Shown piece by piece: positions 27,201-39,695 of a stretch of 64,000 nt of DNA (position 1 is the first letter of the stretch; each line of letters opens with the position of its first letter). Source of the stretch: Basidiobolus meristosporus CBS 931.73 (Eukaryota; Fungi; Basidiobolomycota); assembly GCA_002104905.1 (NCBI GenBank), contig MCFE01000460.1:7486-71485 (forward strand). Reading direction: 5' to 3'. Both the position numbers and the translations under genes were made by a program. Under the pieces are notes generated by a model. That model ran no database searches. It saw only the letters and a program-made list of their open reading frames with translations, and was not told the DNA's origin.

Positions 27201-27391
27201 TGTTGTAAGAGTTTTGGAGATTCTGGAAGTGATTCAGAGAACAAGTTGATTATGTGATCTCACTTAATGATTTGTTGAATGTAGGAGTAGTATTTACACT
27301 TTATATGTAGACAGAGTTCTCCAAGATTTGTAAAAAGTAATCCAAGTGACTAAGTGAGGTGTATATTCCAGTGTAGTTACAAAGTTTACAA
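27201..27391 (-). mobile_element. Diverged, shortened LTR relic of the same or a related family
   Basis: Begins TGTTGTAAGAGTTTTGGAGA, follows the LTR for ~100 bp, then is only patchily similar to the other LTR end. Confidence 0.6.
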
Positions 27392-27419
27392 TGCTGCCAC
27401 TCAACTAAGTACTCATATT

Positions 27420-27766
27420 TGTTGTAAGAGTCATGGAGATATTGGAAGTGACTGGGAGAACAAGTAGATAATGCGGTTTTCACTTAATGATTTATTGATT
27501 GTAAAAGTAGTATTTATACTTTTACATGGCCTTGGCAAAACAATATGTAGAATATGTTTACAAAGGTCCCAAGAGCATGTGTGCAAAGTTTGGGGCTGAT
27601 TGGACAACTGTGAGAACTTTCATGTTCTGGGTACCTGATGTTTTGGTGAAAATATTCCAAGTAAATCCCAACAAGGAATTTGCTCAGAATTCTCTAAGAT
27701 TTGTAGGTAATGATCTAAGTGATCAAGTTAGGTGAATATTTAGGTGGAATTCCAAAATTTACAACA
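27420..27766 (-). mobile_element. Solo Copia LTR, no target-site duplication
   Basis: Full-length similarity to the family LTR with TG...CA ends. Flanks ATATT and TTGTG do not match. Confidence 0.9.
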
Positions 27767-30107
27767 TTGTGCCCGAGTAAGTCTGCTAGCAGCTATGGTA
27801 ACAGTCAGCTCACTGGTTCTAGCAATATATGCACCTGTACATCTCCACCTCTGTAGAAAACCATTTCCAGAGGACGATTATCTCAGCTCTAACCCAAATT
27901 CAGTGGAATCAGAAAACCGTGGGTCTGTGTTGACACTGATGCGGTTGTTCTTGGCACAAAAGCTTGATTTGTGTAACTGGTTGGTAGAATTCCGTAGTTT
28001 GCCGCGAAGCCCTAATCAAGGTAACTCACCCAAGGAGTGGTTATTGCTTGGTAGAAGCCAAGTTGGTAATAATGATCAAGCGGTGAGTGTGATCAATATT
28101 CCACTGTGCAACGATCGAAATGCCTAATTGGTGCCAACCTAATTAGTTGTTCAATCAGTTTTTTGAGCGGGGGCGATGCCCAATGAGAGCTCACCGAGGT
28201 CTTGGAGATGACTTACCGACAAACAAATAGAGGATTGATACCGACTATGCTGTCCACATCCCAATACCGCTGTGCATATTAACCTACCAACTATGTCCTT
28301 CAGCTAGCCTTTTTTCATCGATCTGGTCGGTACACAACCATCCCGGGCCATTAATTAATGTATCGTTTGTATATAATCTATATACACCATGCATTGTTAT
28401 GCATCAGTGTTGATAGCCAATACTTTGCACAAAGCAGATGTGCCAATGTGCACCAAACCAGAACAAACCCCATTTTGTGATACCCATATCCATGCACGGA
28501 GAGGATTCTCGAGGATCATCCAAGCTCCATGTCGAAGCCCACATTCGCTTTCCTGATGATCCCACATGAAAATCCACGCATTTACAGGGCCTGAATGATA
28601 TCATCAGTGATCCGACTCTTTTCTATTTAGAACATTACGGTTGCGTTCGTGGAATCCACACAAATGCTTAAGTTGCGAGGAAGCCGGATCATCAGTTGGT
28701 CGTAGTGATCATTGTGTGCTCTTTGGGAGGCGTGAGTTCACCACAACACAGTCATTGGTTGCCCTAGTAGACAGTACAAAGATAGGTGATGCCCCTTAGG
28801 CCTTGCCAAATCCTGTATTGGTTCCTTTAACTGCCAAGCCTCGTGCTGCATTGACCTGAAGGCCATACAGTACGGGCCCTGCTTTGGCACTTGGCATATG
28901 GATCAGAGCTTGCCAGGCTGTATAAGGCCGCCCATAGCTCACCGGTTCACGAGGCGCACTTGGCCTCCACTGAACGGCCAGAAAATGAGACAACGTGAGG
29001 CTATGGAGATCCAACCTTTTATTTGTTATCGCGGCCTTGACTCCAGCTGATTACAAATCTCTCGCTCTTACCAGTCATGATTCCTGATGTATGATTACAT
29101 CAATGGTACTGTTGCATCAGCCAGCGAATCATGATCTAAGATTGCCAAGAAACAAGGTGCTCAGGGAGGTGTCTTAAATCTACCACCAGGAAACTACGGC
29201 GTCCGCCTGGGAGTTGGTTGCCATCGCTGTAGCGCAGAGACAGCGAAAGTGAGTGATCCGATCAGCGCTCTACCCAACTGAGATGGATCGGATCGTGTGG
29301 GTCTGGATCTTCGGCGGCCTGGATGCTTGGCACAACAAGGTCAAGAAAGACAGATTCCGATTCATGAATCTAATAGCTCTCATGCGGTACATAATGTAGG
29401 CCTTCATCAATTCACAAATATGGTCGTGCTATTTGGTGTTTATTACCTGCATGAGCATGTGGATCTGCTAGCTTCTAATCTCCATGGGCGTGTAAATCCG
29501 CCACCCTAACCAAACCCACAGCATCCCATTCACACACAAGTCCGATCATTGCTCGGCAAACAAGAATCGCAGGCTAGCAAACATCCCACAGCCTCGGCCT
29601 TCCGTGATGGCTTCGTTACCCACCAAGGCGTGGAATTATGCTCCTGGTGTTGTCCTGATTGATTCACTCTGGTGTTAGCTGAGCCAGGAAGTAGGTTTCG
29701 AGATCAATATATGCTGGTGTCACACACCTTCATTTGTCGTGTTCAGTAGGAATCAATATATTTACATCATCAATGATGGATAAGGAAACCCATTAATGCC
29801 CAAAATGCACATTAAAAGGGGAGTACGCTCGTGCATTCGGAGCTTGTCAATCCCTCGTGAACACTCTTCTGAACTGGCTGAGTCAACGTGTTTTTTTGCT
29901 TGGACAGGCTCCCATTCTATCGCTAACAGTGAATATTTAAATACTCTGAGTGCTAAACTCTTGCTGCTCTTAACAAGCCATATTCGATCTTCTCACCTTT
30001 GATTCGCACAGCCCCACCCCTTAGCTTAGGCCCAACGTCGCTTCCCTTTTTTCCTGCTTAGTAGCCCACCACAGAGCAAGTTCAAATCATTCCAAGAGAG
30101 ACTAGCC

Positions 30108-31418
30108 ATGGAGGTAGGAAGCCCATCAAGCCTTCGCACCCCCGTCACCAAGAAAGCTACTTTGAAGGGCACATTGCATCTTTGGTGGGAGGTTCTCATT
30201 GACCACCAGATAGGTAAGGCGTCCTGTATCTCTCATATTTTCAGACGCAACCTAACCAGACTCTACAGAGTTCCCACTGATCGTCATTCTGGGGATCATC
30301 ATCGGAGATATCCTGCGTATCCCCTTGGCTGCCAAATTTCTTAGGATCCAGTATCGGGTGCCTGGCGACGAGGGCCTCTATGCAAGCGGCATGGATGATC
30401 TGTATTTTGTGTTCTTCTGGGTGAACGTGTTCACTTTCCTACGTGCCTCCGTCATGGAGTATGTGCTGAAGCCTGTAGCCAAGCACGGCGGGATTCGTAG
30501 TAGCCGTTCCCAACAGCGGTTTCTGGAGCAGAGTTGGCTATTCTTATACTACACGATCTCATGGTCCATCGGATTAGTAAGTAGACTCCTTTGCACGGTA
30601 GCGACCTGCCGCGCGCATTCCAAACTAACGCGATTCAGTATATAATCTATAACAGCCCGTACTGGAAGAACACCGCCCACTTCTGGATTCATTACCCGCA
30701 CAAAACCGTCCCTCATCTGTCGAAATGGTATTACCTGGTTCAGACTGGGTTCTGGCTGCAGCAATTCTTCGTCTTGCATGCGGAGAAGAAGCGGAGCGAC
30801 TACCCGCAAATGGTTGTCCATCATGTGGTGACCAGCTTGTTAATTACCCTGTCGTACATGACCTACTTCACCCGCATTGGAACGTCGGTGCTGTGTATTA
30901 TGGACTCTGCGGATATCGTTTTGTCGGTAAGTCGGTGATTCTCGAAGCAAGGACACACTGGACTCTCTAATAATCGATTGACACTACCTCCCCCTAGCTG
31001 GCGAAATGTCTCCGGTATATGAAGTTCCAAAAAGCATGCGACTACGTCTTTGGCAGTTTTGTACTTGTCTGGGCCTACACACGGCACTACCTATGCCTGA
31101 AAATCATGTGGAGTATCTGGAAAGAGGTCGACCTCTATTTGCAGGTTGATTGCAAGCCTTCCCAAGGGAGGTTCCAATGCCGCGAGTTGCAGTACTTCTT
31201 CATCGGCCTCTTCGCGGTTCTCCAGATATTGATGATCATCTGGTTCGGTCAAATTTTGAAAGTGATCTGGAGAGTGCTTACTGGTGCGAACGCTGCGGAT
31301 TGTCGAAGTGATTCTGAAAGGTTGGTTGGTTTTGTTTGGCCGATGGCTCGTACGCTTTCCTGCATATCTCTAAACCGTTCGAATTTGTAGTGAACAACTG
31401 AAACACAAGCAGGCATGA
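30108..31418 (+). CDS. LAG1: Ceramide synthase, LAG1/LAC1 (TLC domain), multi-exon
   Basis: RFLEQSWLFLYY, KWYYLVQTGFWLQQ, Lag1p motif KRSDYPQMVVHHVVT..IGTSVLCIMDSAD, LQILMIIWFGQILKV. Confidence 0.9.
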
Positions 31419-33120
31419 AGCTTTTGGAGGGGTTTCTCGCATCCTAAACATCGATTATTTACTGTACTCACCATGTATATATATCGCATCTGTTCGTTTT
31501 AACCTTATTTAATCATATGTCTATCACATAAAATCAGTCAACCCTAGAATAGTCCCCCTCCTCTGTATTAACACCTCTAACCACAGAAAATAAAGAACAG
31601 CTTGTCCAGTATCTGTACAGTGTGTTGGGCCTTTAGGGGGCGAGTGCTCCTAGCTACCGGAGGTTAATTCTCCCGACCCATTTATCCCGTGCTGACCATC
31701 CGGATGAAGTTGTGCATTCGACCCGCCTGCCTCGTGGACTGCCAATGATGTGATTAACCTTTGGAAATTAAGGTAATAGCCGTTGATTTTCAGCGCAACA
31801 TCAACTTCACTCATTCCCACTTTTCGCATCGAATGTGTTACCTTCGATTCACGTGAGAATACCAGTTGAAGCCTTCCTAGCCATGTGCCAAGATTAAATC
31901 GATCATCAATCAGATCATTGGCTTGGTATTATGGCCAACCATTGAGGTAAGAGTGACAAGAAACGTGAGTATGAAGTCATTACTACCATCCGTGGCAAAC
32001 CAAAGGATCGATCGTTCTGGTGTATCTTTCAATAATCTGTGCAATGTAGCAGTATTCTGTTGGAAACTTGGGCTTCGAGCAACAATACTATCACATCACT
32101 CATAGCACACTTTAGTAAGCGTGAGTATTTCCACACCTAGTCGTCATTGTTGGATAAATGTTACGGAAATGCCGCGTTTATTGATAACTCAGCGCCTGCA
32201 TATCAGCTGAGGATCTGGGCCAGCAGATCTCTAAAACGCACCTGATATTCGAACCCTGGCCCAAGAATTGAAGATAGTTGGATAGAGCCCTTGCGTTTCG
32301 GCGATCCTTGATGTTGATTCGAAAGAAGTTGGTTTTTCATGTGCTAGTATATTGAGCGGGAATAGAATATATGTAGCGTAGACGATGACCCCAACATCAA
32401 ATATGAACGGACTAGGTGTGTGCAATGTTTCCATCTTCGTAATGGTCTAATGATACTGAAGGATCACTAAGCTCTTGTTCAGCAAATCGGCCTAACATAT
32501 GGTGCATATATATCAACGAGCCGCGGCAATATTGGTTATTTGTGATGATGAGCAGGGTAGATTTTGGGAGCACTCCGAAAATTCTATTTTCCAGTATTTT
32601 ATCTATTCTTCAGTATTGTCAAATGCGACGATCCTCAGAGCTTGAGCTCTACACGGGATATTCCTACCCAATCACTACAATATCATCAGCACTTGTATGG
32701 AAAAGATATGAATACCATCGAACCGTCCAAGAGAAATCCAATTTAAAATTTCTGATGGTAGCCTCAATCAGGATATATTTATACCAGATGAGTTGGTGTG
32801 GTTCTTAACTATTTTGTGTGTACTTCGTGTAAAGTTGATGCCAGAACAATGCCTTGATGGTAATAAGGAACCCCCCCCCAATACTTAGGCAACCAGAATT
32901 AGGGCTCTGTGGTATTTTGGCAATGTTAGATGATGGCATGGTTTGTTACCAGATTTTATAAGGATCTTGGTTGTGATAGGAAGAACCAGAAGATCATGTG
33001 GTATTCACCTAATAATTCATTGAATGCAAAAGTGGTATTTATACTCTACAAATTCTTGGCAAACAAGCGTACAAAAATACCCTATGAAAAATCTCAAACT
33101 TGGAATTCATCTGATTTTCA

Positions 33121-33175
33121 GCTGGTATTCTGCTGCTATTCTAGTGGTATTTTGCTGGTATTCAGATGGTATTTT
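33121..33175. repeat. Degenerate 11-bp tandem repeat, 5 copies (consensus GCTGGTATTCT)
   Basis: gctggtattct gctgctattct agtggtatttt gctggtattca gatggtatttt. Confidence 0.6.
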
Positions 33176-33409
33176 TCCTTCACATTTTTAGTTGCAATTT
33201 TTGGTGGAAGTAGGAAGCAGCTGATTACCAAATTTAGTATGAATGTTAGTTGGCCTAGTCTACTACTGGAAAATATGTCTGCTTGTCTGCCCAGCAGCTA
33301 GTACCTGCGATATTCAGAGCTGTCAATTTTAAGATACTTGGGATTCAGCTGATGTTATGATGGTATTCTGCTGGCTTTTTCTTGATTTTTTCTTAGGGAT
33401 ATGTCTAGG

Positions 33410-33500
33410 AAAGTCCCAATAACGTGGGTACAAGGCTTGGGGCGTTTTGGACAGCTTTGAGAAATATCGCATTCCTAGTATCAAACGTCTTGGTAAAAAA
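33410..33500 (-). mobile_element. Highly degenerate fragment of the Copia LTR
   Basis: aagtcccaataacgtgggtacaaggcttggggcgttttggacagctttgagaa aligns with LTR aggtcccaagaacatgtgtgcaaagtttggggctgtttggacaactttgagaa. Confidence 0.5.
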
Positions 33501-35734
33501 ATGATTGGTAGATCCCAACAGAGAATTCGGTTAGGAAATAGTACAGGTTGTAAAATAGGATCTAAATTGCAAAGCTACAATAAATATACGAATTCAAACC
33601 ATCATTTTCCATGCAGTTCAATGGAGTAGAGGGAAAGGACTGACTTGTTAGGGTATTCCGAGAACAAGTCGAGTAATATGGCATGAGTGCATACTTTATC
33701 TTTTCAATAACTTTGCAACTCAAGGGAACAAGCCAAATTAAGTACAACGTGAGATTTTGGTCCAGACAAAAGAATGTACACGTAGTTTTTATGAAGGCAT
33801 TTAATACTATTCACAGATATGCTTCTTGAACCATTCTCTCTCCATTGGTTAGTCAACTAGTTGGATATTCCTCTTAGACATCCAGGGTAAAACATACACC
33901 ATCACTTCATTACATTCAATACATAGATTTAGACACTGGGGGATGAGTGGGCATATACATAGAAAGATGATTGAAAGCGTTTAGAGCCATGAGAAAGCCT
34001 GATTTCCACTTGATTAGGTTCACTTGGTTGAAATATAGTACTTGTGCATTTGTGAGACATTGCAGAAGCAACATTCAGAGAGTTTTGAAGTGGATTTCAG
34101 GAACTTCAGCAAGGATGCATTATTGGGGATCAACTGGACAAGTATAGGATGTCAGAAATTTCCGGAACTAGAGTTTGTTCTGGACTAAACCATATTATCT
34201 AATATCATAATGTTCTAGTCGTTAGCCAAGAGACGCATCATACTGTGTGAACAATCATAGTGCTGAACTAGTAAATGGCAACAATCCATTGGTAAGAATG
34301 TTTGCTTGGTGGGAATACCGGCATTCTTGCCTGACGAATTTGCGGATCAGAAATCAATGTCGGATGATCCAGAAACAATATTTGAGATCATGAATCGGAG
34401 CATGCTTTGTGAACTGGTATTTTCAATGAGGTTACCTAAAGGCACTCCACCACAGTTGCAACACACCACACGCTACGGTGCTGGAACAGAGTCCCCCACT
34501 GTTCCTGATTCCCCTGGGCTGGAATTCTTCATATGATATAAACCCAAGGTCAGTGGAATTTGTCATGTCAGAGGCTCGTCGAATGCTCCAGGGACTCCGG
34601 AAAACTAGGAGGTGGGGAGGGGTATACAGAACTAACGTGTAGAAGAGAGATTTGTTGAACGTGACCAGTTTGCCACCACAAGGACTGGGCTGATTTGAAT
34701 CCCATTTTGAGGCTTCGCCAGAGAGTGATCAGATGATCCTTGACTGCAGGTTGGCTCACCATTAGGATTGAGTCCAACCAAAGCATCGATATCGGTTTCT
34801 CCACCTTTGATAGTATGACATCATATGTGGGCCATGTAGCGACCAAACAAAAGGTAACCTAGTGTATCAGCTACCCAGAATGTGAATCAATCCCTACCCA
34901 CTGAAGCGCTACGATGCGACCATTTTTGTGGTGGAGAAATCGATTAGAATTTTGGCGAACGTTGGTGCGCCGCCATTACGCGTAAGCTTCGAGAGGCTTC
35001 CAAAGCATTACAATTCCTCCTACGGCTGGTGCATGGCCTAAAGCCCAACTCCTTCACCAAACCCCATCCAGCCCCCTTACGATGACCCACTCGACATGCA
35101 GACATGTGAGGAAATACCGTCTGGATCTTGGGTGAATGGAGTTGGCTGAATGCATCCCTAATCAAGGGAATGAACAACCACCCGGCATCGTAAATCCCAA
35201 ATAGCGACTCACCACGAGGCCCATCTAAGGTCAACCGTCAATGGAATTGACAGTTCCCAGACTGTCGTGACATCTGCACCTGTGTGAGCATGGCGGTTCC
35301 GGGCTCCACCAGATCCATCGTGGTGAATGCAGGTGGCGGATACGGAATTTCACCACCTCCAAACTAGGCGCATGATCCCATAGGGGATGATGGTTTCGAT
35401 GCCTCTAATCTATATTGAGGCAAGCGAAAGTAGCACCACGTCGACACTACCCTTGCCTCTAGGAGCTCTTACCACTTTTGGCCTAAGCGACCAGGATGCA
35501 AGATCGATGCAAGATAGCATGCGGTGTGTCAGCCACACCGATCTATTCGGGAAACGGATCACTGATGATGGATATGGATTTACTAGTCACGGTCTAAACG
35601 AAAAATTTTAATCTTCGGGAGTTCCATTAGGGTTGACTATACTATAGGATGCTACGCAAAGGTTGAATTCTACAAGCTACCACTGATGAATGAAAGTGCA
35701 GGGTGGAATGGTATTAGAAGGGTGTTTGATGTAG

Positions 35735-36978
35735 TTAAAAGTCAATTCTTTGTCCGATCACTGGAAGGATATAGTTCACTCCCAAGTCATTGGTGGCTTT
35801 CAGCTCGCGCTCAATAGTAAGACGAACGTTGTTGGTGGTGTTGGTGATATCTGGCTTGGTGTGGGTAATGACCACATTCAATCCTCGGAGGGGATTCCTT
35901 CCGCCAACGAGGCCGGCCAATACAAGGAGCTCTTCACGGATGTAGACTGGGGTGAGATGACCGAAGAGGAGGTTGCCTGGGCGAGAAGAAGTGTAGGAGG
36001 ATTCAATGAAGATAGCACGTAGTTTTTTGCTGCGAACAAGAGGAGCGGCATGCTTCCACACATCAATAATGCGAGGTAGGGGACCAATGGAGTCTGGTCC
36101 AACATCGCCAAAGTAAATAGCCTCGTCTCCGTTGGCATCATTTCGAATGAAGAAAGCAGTGGAATTGAGTGGTGCTGGTCCGACAGTTCCATGAGTAACA
36201 GGGAATGCTGTAGTAGACATGTTGTTGGGCAAAGGATAGTACTTGCTGTTATCAATAGTCTGATAAGTATATTGCTTAATAGCATAACTGCCTTGGTCAC
36301 CCATATTAGGCCAGGCATAGTTGTTGAACACGTTGCTAGGGTTGAAAATTACGGGTCAATAACGGACAGAATAACAATTCTAATGCGAGAAACTTACTTG
36401 ATGATACTGGATGTAGTATCATTGATACCGTAAATCGTCTTGCCGCCCTTGTCACCGGCAGTACCAATAACAAATCCACTCATATGATCCAAGTGGCCAT
36501 GAGAGAACATATAGCCTTTGATATGGTCACGCATCAATGTACCAGCTGCCACAATGCAGTCCTGGTCAGCATAGGTGCATACAGGGGCGTTAGCGATGCG
36601 GCGGAACGCGCCACGTTCGTAACCCTTTTGGATACCGTGCATTAGGGTTCCAGCTTCAACTGCCATCCAGCCATCGGATGAAGAACCTGCGTAAGGCTTG
36701 AATAGGTAACCACTAATGTCACTCTCCACTGGACCACCCTCAGAACCAAGCACAACAACTGTGAAACTTGGTTTTAATCCTGAGTAAGCGAGTGGGTCTA
36801 CCTCGTCAACATCACGTTTCAAAAAGTGATTGTTTTCGTGGACTTCGGTCGTGGAGTCAAACACGCCAGCCACATAAAGGAGTCCGGCACCTAGCAGGAC
36901 ATTCATTGCAATACTGGCAGTGGAGAATGAGAACCATTTGCCACTGCGTTTGGAGGCTCGGGTGTTGGTAGGAAGCAT
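35735..36978 (-). CDS. Class II (metallo-beta-lactamase fold) cyclic-nucleotide phosphodiesterase with an N-terminal hydrophobic anchor; 2 exons (intron 36397-36336)
   Basis: VVLGSEGGPVESD, VEAGT, SHGHLDH, FNNYAWPN, YFGDVGPD, IFIESSY and LFGHLTP motifs. Confidence 0.88.
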
Positions 36979-38319
36979 GTCAATAATGTTTGTTGGCGTC
37001 AGTACCAAGCGCGATAGATAGAGGCACTTCAGCGGAATGTGGATTAAGGTTGATTCAAGTTCAGCTCGAATATATATGGAAGCCGGGGTCGATTATCAGT
37101 ATGTTGATCTGTCTCGACAAACTATAGGTGGGTTGCTATGCTGAAACCTAGCAAATGAACAGTCCCCAAACCTTGGCAAGAATTGGTTCTCGATGCATGT
37201 AAATAACAATGAAATGATCTTTGTGCCTGAGAATTCCCTAGATTGTTGATCTACCTTCCTTTTTTAGTAATAGGTCTGTACTGTTGATGATTTGTTGCAA
37301 CTACGCAGTAGTGAGGAAAAGGGAATTATATATAAAAGTAGATGAATAGTATCAACAAAGATACATAAATGCTTGAAATAACCAGGCAAGATGACTCAAG
37401 TTGTCAAAGTAGAGATGGAGCAAGTTGCACGTCTTCTCGATCATCGATGAATTGGAAATTCTGTGTAGCGTACGGAATGGTGGATACGTTTTCAGGTCGG
37501 TTTTCAAGCATATGCGGTGCTTCAGGATAACACCACCTTCCATATTCCACCGAGTTTTCCTGAATACCATCAGTCCGTTGTTCACCAATGGACCCTTTCG
37601 GACATATAATGTGACCATCATCTGTGGAAACTAGGGCGTCGAATAAAATGGCTGGGATCTCAGTGTAAACTATCATTCAAGTTTTGCATAATCACTGGAA
37701 TTCCACTTTCACCAGACAAGTCACTCAACATTGCAAATCGCCACTATGATGAATCACGTATTAACTCTATTGGCTTTACAAAGTGGACAACGGCTGGAGG
37801 GTGATAGTTTTTCAACGGTAGCCTTAAGTAAATGGCAACTCTCATAACTTCTCGAGCAGCTATGATTCCTATCGGTGTTCCAGGTTCCATCATTCACGCA
37901 TATATATCCACGTTGATTTTTTAAATGTAACATTTTTTTGGATTGAACATTTAAATCTCACTACTAGATGGTATCTTTTTTCATATCGTTGGAGCGCATC
38001 CAGACATCAGCGTTTAAGAGTTCGTTCTCATTTATAGTATCGTGGATCCATCTGCCAACTTCATTAGCCAATCATCAATGTGTATTATATCTATCTTGTG
38101 TAACCAGCGGTGGTACCTTCGGATCTTCAATCCCAAGTAGTACACATTCCTGATTTTCCTCATGTCACTAGACTGGTAAACACTTCCCGAAAGATACCAT
38201 CAACTGGAATATGGATATTCATTCGGATAGCATATGCGGCTATTATGGTGAACTCTATACAGTTGGTTGTTTATGAATGAGGCAACAGAATACAGGGGAA
38301 TAGCTGAACAGGAACCATA

Positions 38320-39695
38320 TTAATAATAATAATCGAAATCATAAGGCTCATAATAGGAGTCACATGATGCAGCCAGGTCTACTGATGCGGTATCGGACAT
38401 GCGTCGATTGTATTCAACCATTCTAAGATGCTCAGTGTATTCATCGTAATCCGTACCGTCAAACTCTTCCTCTGACGCAGTGATGAAAGGATGTTTGAGT
38501 GTCTCGATTGCGCTGGGCCGTGCTTCGGGATCCGTGGCTAACATGGATTTTAATAGGTCGGCAGCATGGTATATGATCTCTGGATACAGTTTTTGCTCAC
38601 GGTTGAGCAACAGTTCCTCCAATGATTCACAAATCATTTCCGTAGTTTGTGCTCTGACCAAATTACTACCAAGGTAATTGAGCTGACAATCTGGAAGGTA
38701 GGCCTCAAGCATTTCCCCAAACAAAATTCCTGCACTATACATATCTGGTTTTGTTCCTTCCGCATTCCCTTCGTACACTTCTGGGGCAATGTATCCTGGC
38801 GTACCACAGGGCTCATGGGGTTGACCAGAGCAACGACTACACAACCCAAAATCGATGACAACTAGGTGTCCTTCTTGATCTACCATGAGGTTAGCCGGTG
38901 TTAGATCCATATGAACAATGCCATCTTTGTGCAAGCCCTCAAGAGCCTAGATATATCGATTAGTGAGTGCTTGTGTTTAGGTAATCACAGCCGTACTTCG
39001 CCTACCTCCAGTAAATCTCGGATCAACCTTTGAATGTCGCGTAGGTTGCGCCTTCCAATCTCCAGGTCTTTTAGTTTGGGAAGTACTATTACAAGTTGAC
39101 CTTTGTCGTCAAGGTAGCTATCCTCTATGTGGACTACATGTGGGATGTGACTCACTTGCTGGAGGACTTCGATTTCTTTTTCGGCTAGTTGGCGAGAGGG
39201 TACGGTCTTGAAAACCACTGGAAAGCAATCAACCAAACGCACACCAAATTCGATTAAGGATAGCTCAGTCTACATATGGGTGTACTGGTTAGACCTGACA
39301 TGCTGTCGTGAAATCAATGATAATCTTACCGAAAGCTTTCTAATATTATCATTAACTAAGTATTTTTTCTGATCACGACATGGGAAACGTTCGCAGGGTG
39401 CTTTGTATACGTAATCATTATCATCTGTACACTTTTGGTCTTCGGGAGAACTTGATTCTTCTTGATTGCATATGATCGGTGAGACTGGCAAATTGGTAGA
39501 AGTAGAACGGGAGTGAGCAAGCTTATGTCGGAGGTTGCGGAAGAGTTTTCGAGAGCTTCTAGGCGACTTTTCAACACTTTGATGGGTGGTAGTGAATTTC
39601 TCCTCCGAGAGAGTTTTCGAGCGACATAGCGGTGGCCTTTCTATACTCGGCATTCCATGGAAGGAGGGGAGATGTATGGACAAGTGACGCAGCAT
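38320..39695 (-). CDS. Atypical Ser/Thr-type protein kinase (3 exons)
   Basis: VVFK, KEIEVL, HMDLTPANLM, DFGL, GTPGYIAPE, DMYSAG, LATDPEARPSAIETLKHPF. The 60-nt intron 39329-39270 with a CTAAC branch site joins the ORFs in frame. Start codon uncertain. Confidence 0.82.

Noticed and set aside
32564-32960. Possible pseudogene of the 49.9/51.0 kb secreted family (hydrophobic start, LCGILAMLDDGMVC)
   Set aside because: Needs a non-ATG start and two frameshifts, and the Cys spacing differs.
38030-38165. Short minus-strand ORF with YYLGLKI, resembling an RT motif
   Set aside because: Only ~43 codons with no other RT motifs.
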